The notes under the pieces are model-generated. The model was given only the letters and a program-made list of their open reading frames with translations. It searched no databases and was not told the DNA's origin. The position numbers and the translations under genes are program-made. From a virus: DNA of 64,000 nt. The stretch lies in the IMG/VR virus record IMGVR_UViG_3300020579_000006, positions 30,865-94,864 of that record; one strand, written 5' to 3'. The stretch's first letter is position 1, and each line of letters opens with the position of its first letter. Below are positions 17,254 through 26,054 of this stretch, one piece after another.

Positions 17254-19326
17254 ATGTTACTGGATAAACCGAGCGTAGACACCCACGCCCCTATTCTTTT
17301 GGACGAAGCCAAACAGGTAATGTCTACAGGAGTTTGGGGGGACGATGCCGCCCTCAAGCTTGTAATTAAAGATGCTATTACTGCCGAGAACTTCGAACAA
17401 ACTAAGCAATGGGTAGCTCTTTGGCCGACTGCTACTATTCTTTACCAATCACCTTTTACTGCCCGTTATTGGGAAGGTACTCAGGTAGAAAAAGCCAACA
17501 TTCCATTTTTTACGGTTGCTACTGCCGTAAACTCGTTATCTCCTAAAATCTTGAACGGTCTTTTCTACGAAGACCCCCCGTTTATGATTCGTAAACGGCC
17601 AGGAACTACAGAAAATGCTACCCGAGCAGTAGGAGCTATTCTAGCATACCAACTCGAAGACATTGGTTTCAAAGAGACTCTTCGTCTCGGAGTTACTAAT
17701 GCTATCCTATTTGGAACGGCTATATGGAAGTGGGGTTGGGAAACGTATACGGAAGAACGTACTGTCTACAAACGTAAAACTCCTCCAGTAACTATTCCAA
17801 ATGCTCCTGGTTTAGAAGACATACAAATTCACCCGGTCGATGAGGAAATCGAAGAAGAAGTAATCGAAGAGTATATCGACCGGCCTACTTTCGAACACAT
17901 AGTAAATCTCCGCCACGTTCTGCCCGACCCCGGTCTTAATTTACCGGATATTAGAAAAGGTAAGTACGTAATCCACCGGATGTATCCGACTTGGAATGAC
18001 TTAGACAAGTTACGCGACCGTCCTGGATTTAACATACCGTCTCGTGAGAAACTGCTTGAATTATTCTTTGCTCCTAAAGAAGTAGCCGAAGCTAACGCGG
18101 CGGAACTATCGGTTCAGAATCCACTATATGATTTAAGAGCAGCACCTCGTTACGAAGTCACTACAGAAGACCCTTTTGCTCAACCACTAGAGTTACTAGA
18201 GCGTTGGGATAAAGACCGGTATATAGTAGTACTTAATAAAAAACTCGTAATTTGTAGTGACGAAAACCCATACGGAGTGATTCCATTCCTATCCGTCAAC
18301 TGGTGGGATGTACCAGAAGCTTTTTGGGGTATGGGTCTTGCGAAAACCATCGGTTCTGAGCAGAGACTCCAGCAAGGTATCACAAATGCTTGGCTAGATA
18401 ACGTAGCGCTAAATCTTAATGGCGTCTACGTTCGTGTTATGGGTAAGGGCGTACCTACCCAAAGTATTCGCGTATCTCCGGGTAAAATCGTTAATGTTGA
18501 TAACAAAGACGACTTCAAACCGCTGGATAGACTTCCTGCCGTGCCGGAAGCTGGCGCAGCCTTATCTATATCGCAAGCTAGAGCGGAGCAGGTGTCAGGA
18601 GCCAATGAGCCGGTTGTACAGGGCAGTATGGGCGGACCAAAGACAAGCATGGGACGCACTGCTACTGGCGCAAATCTTATTGCCGGTGGTTCGGACTCTC
18701 GAATCCAGGATTTTGTAGAGAAAATAGCCAATCAAGTTTTTATACCGTTTTTGTACCAAGCCCATATTCTTAATTGTGGATTATTACCCTTATCCACAGT
18801 CCGCCATATTCTTAACGACGAACTCGAACATGAGTACGTAAAAGAGAAACAAGGCGACATACTAGATATCATTAATGCACGAGTTAAGTTCTCTATTGGT
18901 GCGGGTGCGCGTTTAGCTGCCCGTCGCAATATGGCCCAGTCCTTACCTTTGATTATGCAGTATCTAGCCAATCCCGAAGTAGTCCAGTCTTTGGCCGTCG
19001 AAGGTAAGAAAGTAGACCATGACGAGTTAATGGCGATGGTTTGGGAAGTTTCAGATTGGAGAAACTTCAGAGACGTAATCAAGCCTATGGATAAACAAGA
19101 CATGCAGAGATGGCAGTTAATGCAACCGGGAGCCAAGGCTCAAGTACAACTCCAAGGTAAAGCCCAATTACAACAACAGAAATTTGAACAAGAACAACAA
19201 CTCCGGGAAGATGATAACTTCGGACGTGCTGGCCGTGAAATTCTACGGTCGGCCATAGAAAAGGCTGGAGAACCAGACGCGATAACCGGGGTTCCGGGTG
19301 GCGTCGGGTTCGGAAGTAACACATAA
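17254..19326 (+). CDS. portal protein (podovirus type)
   Basis: 690 aa between terL and scaffold; GTAIWKWGW, FWGMGLAK, TATGAN motifs, Gln-rich C-terminal barrel. Confidence 0.85.
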   Translation: MLLDKPSVDTHAPILLDEAKQVMSTGVWGDDAALKLVIKDAITAENFEQTKQWVALWPTATILYQSPFTARYWEGTQVEKANIPFFTVATAVNSLSPKILNGLFYEDPPFMIRKRPGTTENATRAVGAILAYQLEDIGFKETLRLGVTNAILFGTAIWKWGWETYTEERTVYKRKTPPVTIPNAPGLEDIQIHPVDEEIEEEVIEEYIDRPTFEHIVNLRHVLPDPGLNLPDIRKGKYVIHRMYPTWNDLDKLRDRPGFNIPSREKLLELFFAPKEVAEANAAELSVQNPLYDLRAAPRYEVTTEDPFAQPLELLERWDKDRYIVVLNKKLVICSDENPYGVIPFLSVNWWDVPEAFWGMGLAKTIGSEQRLQQGITNAWLDNVALNLNGVYVRVMGKGVPTQSIRVSPGKIVNVDNKDDFKPLDRLPAVPEAGAALSISQARAEQVSGANEPVVQGSMGGPKTSMGRTATGANLIAGGSDSRIQDFVEKIANQVFIPFLYQAHILNCGLLPLSTVRHILNDELEHEYVKEKQGDILDIINARVKFSIGAGARLAARRNMAQSLPLIMQYLANPEVVQSLAVEGKKVDHDELMAMVWEVSDWRNFRDVIKPMDKQDMQRWQLMQPGAKAQVQLQGKAQLQQQKFEQEQQLREDDNFGRAGREILRSAIEKAGEPDAITGVPGGVGFGSNT

Positions 19327-19942
19327 TGAAAAGAATAATTGAAATAGTTAATGAACATGATGCATTCGAATATTGTATAGATGGTTCTGGTCCTAAAATA
19401 GAAATTACAGAAGATACAACGGTTGTTTCGAATTCAGACCCGACACGTCCTATAAAAATAACAACCTTGCATAAATATCGTATACCAGAAGGTTACAAAG
19501 TTAGTATGTTTGAAATAGCGAAAACCGAAGTATATAAGTAAAGTCCGGAAACTGAACGCGAAAGGTTCAAGAGATGCAATCAGAAGTAGCTTACAACCGT
19601 ATTGAAAAAATGCGTGGGGAGGAACTAACCCCCGAAGAAAAATATGAGATAGACCAGTATTTTCGTGGTCGAGCGTTATCTCAAATAACCGTTACTGAAG
19701 GATACCAAGAAATTTTAAGTATGCTTCAAAGCTACGTAGTAGACGCGGTTGAAAAACTCGTAGCGGTGGACCCGGCTGAAACCACAGAAGTACTGGCTTT
19801 TCACGCGGTAGCTTATGCAGCCAGTAAAATACACTCGAAGTTTCAACAAGATGTAAATGCGGCGGTTGATGCATCAAGAACAACCCCGTCAGCTATTAAA
19901 CAGTTTGCAAAAGCGGCCCCGGTACCCGCAGGAAGTTTGTAA
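19326..19942 (+). CDS. two hypothetical proteins (19326-19541 and 19574-19942)
   Basis: ORFs between portal and scaffold. Confidence 0.6.
19553..19569 (+). promoter_or_regulatory. leader hairpin with GCGAAAG loop, copy 1 (copy 2 at 26034-26052)
   Basis: TGAAC-GCGAAAG-GTTCA 4 nt before ATG 19574; TTTTGC-GCGAAAG-GCAAAA 2 nt before ATG 26055. Confidence 0.5.
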
Positions 19943-19946
19943 CCGG

Positions 19947-19990
19947 AAATCCCGTAGTCGTTTCGGATTAAACGATACAAGGAGAATGAT
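19947..19990 (+). promoter_or_regulatory. leader RNA element AAATCCCG / stem / CGGATT loop / SD, copy 1 (copy 2 at 26731-26769)
   Basis: GTCGTTT-CGGATT-AAACGAT versus GCCATT-CGGATT-AATGGC, both followed by AGGAGAATGA. Confidence 0.6.
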
Positions 19991-21190
19991 ATGAGTGAAC
20001 CACTCGCAGTAAATAGAACGCCCGTAGACCCGTTTAGTTTTGAAGACCCTCGATTTGCAGGGGTCGATACAGCAGTGCGCAGAGAAGATTTACCGGTCGC
20101 AGACGATGACGGTTGGGAAGACCCTGGATTTCAAGCTACACAACGGGTTCCAGCTAGTAACCAATTTTTTAAAGACCTAAGCGATATCGCAGACGAGACT
20201 CCTGAAGTACAGGAAGTTCTCGATGCCGAAGTACTAGCAGCTACTCCTCCGCCTCCCGCTCCAGCGGTTGCCACAGTTGTAGTACCCGACCAACCTGAAG
20301 TTATCGAATATGACGATGGTTCCTCAGTCACCATAGAAAAGACAGCCAAGGGATGGAGCGCTACTTTAGATAGTAATACATCTAGTGGCGTAGAAATCTT
20401 CCGTGGTAAAACCAAAGACGAAATGTGGCGTAATCTAGCGGCAGGCAAAATTAACGCTACCCGTAAGATTAATTCACTGAATCGTCAGATTAAGTTGGGT
20501 CAACCCGAGGTTTCTCAGACTCAACCTGCCGCACCAAAAGTCCGGGAACTGACCGCCGACGAAGTGTTCGAGCTTAAAACTCAACTTCAGAATAACCCCG
20601 ACCTAGCATTCCAAAGTTGGTTCCAAAAGAAAACCGGTAAAACTGTGGAACAACTAACCACTCTAGCTGAAAAAGGCGAAGAGGCTAACGAGAATCTTCG
20701 TCAGGAATATGAAGCTAAATCGTTTAGAGCTGAATATCCTGAATATTTTAATACTGACGAAAACTATCAGTCACTTCTAGCTTGGCTCAGAAAACACAAA
20801 AACCTAGATAAAGATATTTTACAGTTTAACGCAAAGAATTTAGGAGAAGCTTTTGAAGACCTATCCTCTGACGGATTGTTAGATGAAGCTCCGAAAGTAG
20901 CTCCAGTAAGACGAGCATCTGCACCACAACCTACCCCAGTAGCCGCTACCCCAGTTCCTGATGTTGTGCCTGCACCCGCTCCAGCGCCTGCTCCCGACCC
21001 ACGGATTGTGGGAACGACAAAGCGGCGAGTACGTGGTAATTTCGGTATACCTCAGAGCGCTATTACCAACGCTCAACCGGTCGCTGAAACCGCACCTACA
21101 GACGAAGAGTTGGATAATCTTTCTAACGATGAAATCAACCAGTTATTCTCTGGTGTTCGACGTTTAAGAGCACAATCCGCTCGGCGCTAA
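19991..21190 (+). CDS. capsid scaffolding protein
   Basis: Acidic/Pro-rich, helical, directly upstream of MCP, basic C-terminal tail. Confidence 0.7.
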   Translation: MSEPLAVNRTPVDPFSFEDPRFAGVDTAVRREDLPVADDDGWEDPGFQATQRVPASNQFFKDLSDIADETPEVQEVLDAEVLAATPPPPAPAVATVVVPDQPEVIEYDDGSSVTIEKTAKGWSATLDSNTSSGVEIFRGKTKDEMWRNLAAGKINATRKINSLNRQIKLGQPEVSQTQPAAPKVRELTADEVFELKTQLQNNPDLAFQSWFQKKTGKTVEQLTTLAEKGEEANENLRQEYEAKSFRAEYPEYFNTDENYQSLLAWLRKHKNLDKDILQFNAKNLGEAFEDLSSDGLLDEAPKVAPVRRASAPQPTPVAATPVPDVVPAPAPAPAPDPRIVGTTKRRVRGNFGIPQSAITNAQPVAETAPTDEELDNLSNDEINQLFSGVRRLRAQSARR

Positions 21191-21217
21191 GAACTAAACG
21201 ACTCTAAAGAGAAATCT

Positions 21218-22909
21218 ATGAGTTATTCTCCCGCGAGTATTCAGACTTCCGGTGCGCTTCCTAACTTGGTTGCGATTTACTACGAACGTCAGAGTATTCC
21301 TAACCTGAAGGCCCAAACACCCTTCTTATCCATGACTATTTAAGCTGCTTGGTCATGCAAACCGAAGTGGTAGATATTGAAGCAGAAACCACTTCCGCTA
21401 CGGTCAGGAAATCAGATTCAATTTTTCACCTATGCTCTATTGGCGGCTAATACCAACCAAGCGGCAGAAGGTACTGTTGGGTCTCCAATTTCCGAAAGCT
21501 CCACTAAAATCATAGCGACAATTGGTCAGTTGAAATCATCGGCTGACTTTAAATTTGGCTATATCCGTTAACCCCTTATTAGCATCTAATATAAGAAGAG
21601 ACGGAGGTAAGATTCCAATGGCTATTATAAGTAAAACGAAATGGGCATACGTCGCCGCAATGGTGGACGGAGAAGGTCACATTTCCATAGCAGGGACCAA
21701 ATCAGGGCAAGGCTATAAAGGCAAACCCTATTGGTTAATAGATTGTAAGATTGGTATTTCAAACACTTCTGTGGAACTAATGAAGTGGCTAAAAGAGAAT
21801 TTTGGCGGCGAATATCATGACGGTGGACAAGGTTCTAGAAGAATTTGTTATAGATGGAACCTTCAAAACTACAAACAAATGGAAAAATTTGTTCTTGCAA
21901 TCCTGCCTTATATGGTTATTAAGAGAAAACAGGCACTTTTAGCTCTTGAGTTTTTTCGTATGTTTGGGCAGAAAAACCCGGCTAAACGATTAGAACTAGC
22001 TAGAAGATGCCAAGCTCTTAATAGAGGAATAACCCCAGAGACTAATACGCCAAACCCGGTTTTAGAACCGGTGAAGATAGAGTCCGAACTTACTAGTGAT
22101 AGTAAGAGTGCAGCAGTAGTGATACTGCCAGATAACGTCGATTTTAAAGTACGCTATCTTACCGCAGAAAACTCGGTAGCCTAAACACATTTGACGCTGA
22201 CTTTATTAACAGTTCCGACCTAGCTATGGACGTAGCGATTGACGACCCGTCGTTACTTCAGAACCTAGCAACCGAACTAAATTATCGCCTTGCTCTTACC
22301 CTCAACTCGCTCGTTCAGCTTACCTCTGACAGCGCGGTTGGTGTTGATGGCACGGTTAACATCCAGTTAGCAAACGGTTCATACCTTACTGCTAACAACC
22401 TCCGTACCGCTACTCAGCAATTGGCTGGCGTAAATGCCCGTCCACTTACTAAGGACGGTTACTGGGGCGGAATTATCCATCCGTTCGTTGTACACGACGT
22501 GCTAAACGACACGTCCGTCAATGGATTGACTGACATCCTAAAGCGCAACGGTGATTCAGCACAAAAACTATTTGCGCCCCTGTCAAACGAGGAAGTTATC
22601 GAGTTCGCTGGCTGCCGTTTCAAACAGACCACGACCGCACCTTCCGTAACCATCTCCAGCAACACGTACTACAATACGTATATTTATGCTGATGATGCCC
22701 TCTTTAGTGTCTTCCTTGGAAAAAATCCTGAGTCCGGTGAAAAGAACTACCGACTTATGATACAAGAAGCTCCTAGCCAGGGTTCAGTGAGCGACCCCGC
22801 ACGACAGATAGGAGGTTGGGTTTCGTACAATGTTAAGTATACCAACACTCTTCGTCCCGGTTCCACTATGGTTCTTCGACGCCTACAATCGGAAACTTCG
22901 AGTTCGTAG
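21218..22909 (+). CDS. major capsid protein (N4-gp56-like), join(21218..21337,21380..21530,22194..22909), 328 aa
   Basis: Joined reading MSYSPAS...IYYERQSIPNLKAQTPFLSMT|KQKPLPLRSGNQIQFFTY...AEG...ATIGQ|YADFINSSDLA... gives a continuous HK97-fold MCP pattern; 987 nt, in frame. Confidence 0.85.
21338..21379 (+). mobile_element. 42-nt core-less group I-like mini-intron in MCP
   Basis: In-frame TAA and TAG; follows U, ends in G; GGTCATG pairs 5' exon CATGACT with U.G at the junction; CTGCTT pairs 3' exon AAGCAG. Confidence 0.75.
21531..22193 (+). mobile_element. group I self-splicing intron in MCP
   Basis: P1 GTCAGT/GCTGAC with U.G; P3 TTTGGC/GCCAAA; R-like CAGAGACTA; S-like GAAGATAGAGTCC; terminal G; splice restores TAC (Tyr). 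Confidence 0.9.
21618..22184 (+). CDS. intron-encoded LAGLIDADG homing endonuclease
   Basis: SD GGAGGT; WAYVAAMVDGEGHI, ISNTS, FGG, ILPYMVIKRKQA motifs. Confidence 0.88.
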   Translation: MAIISKTKWAYVAAMVDGEGHISIAGTKSGQGYKGKPYWLIDCKIGISNTSVELMKWLKENFGGEYHDGGQGSRRICYRWNLQNYKQMEKFVLAILPYMVIKRKQALLALEFFRMFGQKNPAKRLELARRCQALNRGITPETNTPNPVLEPVKIESELTSDSKSAAVVILPDNVDFKVRYLTAENSVA

Positions 22910-22922
22910 GAGTAACCTTTTC

Positions 22923-23054
22923 CACTTAGTTAGCATCTAATTAAGTGCGGTTCAGTGCAGAGAAATCTGCGCTCCACTCTGGTCCCAGAGTAATGGGCAA
23001 CTGGAAACGGGGGTGCCTCGAACACCCCCTATCCAACTCTTTCGAGGAGAGAAA
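22923..23054 (+). promoter_or_regulatory. structured intergenic leader ending in an SD-sequestering pseudoknot
   Basis: Hairpins CACTTAGTTAG/CTAATTAAGTG, GCAGA-GAAA-TCTGC, CTCTG/CAGAG; GGGGGTG-CCTCGAA-CACCCCC with loop complementary to TTCGAGG (23041-23047). Confidence 0.55.
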
Positions 23055-23591
23055 ATGAAGTTTATTATTTATATTGTAAGAAACAAAATTAACAATAAGG
23101 TTTACGTTGGCAAAACATCTCAAAAACTCCGTCGCAGATGGTCCCATCATATCTCCCATGCTCCCGGCGACCCGTATTACTTCCACAGAGCTATTTGTAA
23201 GTATGGCTCAGAGAACTTTGAAATATCTGAAATTGACTGCGCCGAAGAACTAACAACTGCAAATCAGCTAGAACAACAATATATACAAGAGTTTAAATCT
23301 TATAACCCCGAGTTTGGTTATAACAGTACGTTTGGCGGGGACGGGGTGCCTTGTACTCCCGAAGCAAAAGAAAAACACCGTCAATCAATGATTGGCAAAC
23401 CCAAATCTATAGAATCTCGGCAAAAACAAAGTATTTCCGTAACAGGTGTAAACAACCCTCGTTATGGCTGTCCGGTTTCGGAAGAAACCCGTTTAAAGAG
23501 AAGTCTAAAATTAGCAGGCAGACCGAGACCTAAAGAAGTTATAGACAGAATCACATTAGCCAAGTTTCTTAAAACAGTAGCTTGGGGTTAA
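23055..23591 (+). CDS. GIY-YIG/NUMOD3 homing endonuclease
   Basis: IIYIVRNKINNKVYVGKT, GYNSTFGG; ATG 23055 after GAGGAG. Confidence 0.85.
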   Translation: MKFIIYIVRNKINNKVYVGKTSQKLRRRWSHHISHAPGDPYYFHRAICKYGSENFEISEIDCAEELTTANQLEQQYIQEFKSYNPEFGYNSTFGGDGVPCTPEAKEKHRQSMIGKPKSIESRQKQSISVTGVNNPRYGCPVSEETRLKRSLKLAGRPRPKEVIDRITLAKFLKTVAWG

Positions 23592-23592
23592 G

Positions 23593-24624
23593 ATGTATAA
23601 ATGCTTTGTTCTACACAGCATGAGTTCTCTTCTCCAACGAGCATATTGGAGAAGTATAAACGAGTTTTTTGAAGTACAACCGCATCATTTAGCGTTTAAA
23701 GAACATAGAATTAGCGAATTTGGAAACTGCCAGAGATGTGGCTGGCGTCCTAAAGTAAAGGAGTAACATGACTTAGTAACCAATGGAGGTTTCTATGTCA
23801 CGGTCATATCGTCGGCCTGCTAGCGCAATTACTACGTGTAATAGTGCGAAACAGGATAAGATTTTAGCTCATCGTGGAGTACGTCGGGCGCAAAACCATG
23901 CTCTACGTACCTGTCAAGATTGGGACGAGTTGTTAATTCCCCATAAATACGAGTGTTCTTGGAACGAAACGTATTGTTGGGGTCGAGACGGAAAACAAAG
24001 ATTATATTTTCTATCTGATTTTGAATACCTATGGGTTCACCCAATCACAGGAATAATTGAACCGTTACATGAAAATGGAGCGGAAATGTTTGCAGCACTA
24101 AAAAGAAAATAGCAAAAAGCATATCAGAAGGATAATTAGAAATGGCGCATCCTAAAGAACATCTAGTATACGACTCCAGAGGGGTTGTTACTTACAATAC
24201 AGAGACTAACGGCCAGTTGACATTGGGGCATTTGTCCCCGGAAGTTTTACGCGACCTAGCCCGCAATGAAGCCGCCAGTCATGAATGGCGGAAAGCTGCT
24301 GTCGAGTTGCTGCTGGAAAAACAACACCCGCACGCTAACCATCCTGAGTTGCGCGAACTAGTGTTTCAGATTAAAGCTGAAAAAGAAGCTCGGGTTGAAG
24401 TCGAAGCTTTGGCTGCCGAAGCCAAGCATGAAGAACCATTTGCTAATGACCAGACTGCGGAAGCTTTGGTTGACGAGTTTATAAACCAGCCAGAAGCTCG
24501 GGCCGAGTTAGTGAAGGAAGAAGCGGTTCCAATTGAGGAGCACCCGTTTTTTAAACAAAGTCCGGTTTCCGGACAATGTGAAGCTCAAGATATCGAATCC
24601 TTGGAAAAACTCGCAATAGAATAA
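23593..24624 (+). CDS. three hypothetical proteins (23593-23766, 23795-24112, 24142-24624)
   Basis: Tandem ORFs; SD GGAGG before 23795 and AAGGA before 24142. Confidence 0.55.
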
Positions 24625-25256
24625 TGGACGGTCAGAAACATCTGCTTGTTCTAGCTGTCCGCCACGGCCAGACAATCCTTAACGCTAAAGATGCTTTCAG
24701 GGGACCGATAGATGCGCCTTTGGACGCACAGGGTTTTAGAGATGCTAACGAAGTAGCTCACTATCTAGAATCAGAACCAGTTTCCGCTATATTCCATTCT
24801 GATAAAAAAAGAACTCGCGCTACTGCCGAAACTATCGCCCGTCTAAAAAAAATGGAAGTTTACCCAAACCCGAATTTAGCGGCTTGGAATGTAGGGGACC
24901 TTGGCGGTCAACCTAAAGATGAAGAGAATACTGAGTTAGTACACTGGCATGTAGAACACCCAGATGTACCGCTTCCTGGTGGCGAATCGTTAAATCAGTT
25001 TAAAGCTCGTATCCACCCGCTAATTATAGATGCTACAGACCTAGCGATGAAAACCGGTTTACCGGTAGTACTAGTAGTACACTCCAGCGTAATACATGAA
25101 ATCGGCAATATGATTGGCGGCCATCACGAATACACCCTTGTCGAACCCGGTGGCGTAGCGGCTATTTATATACAAGATGGTAAACTCGACGCCTGTCCTA
25201 TATTCAAGGCAAGACCTGAAAGCAAGTCCCGCCGTCGCGCCGATATAATGACTTAG
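24624..25256 (+). CDS. histidine phosphatase (phosphoglycerate mutase family)
   Basis: VRHGQT, D.PL...G, SD..R...TA, PGGES, VVH motifs. Confidence 0.85.
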   Translation: MDGQKHLLVLAVRHGQTILNAKDAFRGPIDAPLDAQGFRDANEVAHYLESEPVSAIFHSDKKRTRATAETIARLKKMEVYPNPNLAAWNVGDLGGQPKDEENTELVHWHVEHPDVPLPGGESLNQFKARIHPLIIDATDLAMKTGLPVVLVVHSSVIHEIGNMIGGHHEYTLVEPGGVAAIYIQDGKLDACPIFKARPESKSRRRADIMT

Positions 25257-25325
25257 TTGTAAAACCTCTCAAGTTCTTACCCGTTAAAAGGTACCGTTTT
25301 TCAAATCTAATTAAAGGATAAACTC

Positions 25326-26024
25326 GTGTCAAATTCTGATACCATCTTTGCATTACAGGGACTAGGCGTTGCTACTCCCCCTCGAAATCAGCTAGCTACC
25401 CTGACTGCTTTAGGTACTGGCGAAACTCTACTTACTATGGGTTCTGATGCCGGTACTAACGTAACCGCGTTTCTTCCGTTTCCCGGACAGTCGGATATAG
25501 TGGGGTCTTCTAGTCCCGCAGACGTTAATGCTAACGCCGCGATTCTTCTAGATAATACGGGCGGAAAAACATCGTCTAATCGTGGAGCTAGTCGTCCATA
25601 TTTTAATACACTAAGTTTTGACGGTCGAGCCTTTCGAGTACGAGTGCAGGGTCGTTTTGTTTCCAGTGCGGCTGCTAATACCTTAACTCTAAAGTTTTAT
25701 CAAAACACTAAAGCTGCTGGTCCGGTCACTGCTGGCGCAGGTTTATTTGCTACAGTAGCTATCGGCGCTGCCGCTTTAGGTTCTGTCAGTGGAAACTTCA
25801 TCGCAGAAGCCGCTGGTGAATGGGATTCCGTTAGCGCCAAGATGCAGGGAGCAGAAGCTTGGGGAGCTGCCGCCGGATTCTACGCTGCTAGGGCTGTAGG
25901 TCAGTCCACACCTTTTGCGGTGGCTGCCCCTCTTAGTAACTCCCTTATGTTCATTTCTGCTACCTTCGGCGCGGGCGCTGCTAACGCAATCACACCCGTC
26001 GAGATAAGTTTTGAGGATATTTAA
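25326..26024 (+). CDS. putative virion structural/decoration protein
   Basis: Ala/Gly-rich beta protein in head module, SD AAGGA. Confidence 0.5.
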   Translation: MSNSDTIFALQGLGVATPPRNQLATLTALGTGETLLTMGSDAGTNVTAFLPFPGQSDIVGSSSPADVNANAAILLDNTGGKTSSNRGASRPYFNTLSFDGRAFRVRVQGRFVSSAAANTLTLKFYQNTKAAGPVTAGAGLFATVAIGAAALGSVSGNFIAEAAGEWDSVSAKMQGAEAWGAAAGFYAARAVGQSTPFAVAAPLSNSLMFISATFGAGAANAITPVEISFEDI

Positions 26025-26054
26025 AATCACAAATTTTGCGCGAAAGGCAAAACG

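Noticed and set aside
21341-21373. Stop-codon reassignment explaining the MCP interruption
   Set aside because: The insert has both TAA and TAG, and all three stops end genes normally elsewhere; no suppressor tRNA seen
21338-21379. T4 gene 60-style ribosomal bypass (ATT take-off before TAA, ATT at 21376)
   Set aside because: Landing at the matching ATT gives the wrong frame, which soon stops; the P1/P10/terminal-G pattern fits splicing better
21377-22909. ORF-track 64-aa (21377) and 227-aa (22226) proteins as independent genes
   Set aside because: They are exons 2 and 3 of the MCP; neither has an SD and the family pattern spans them
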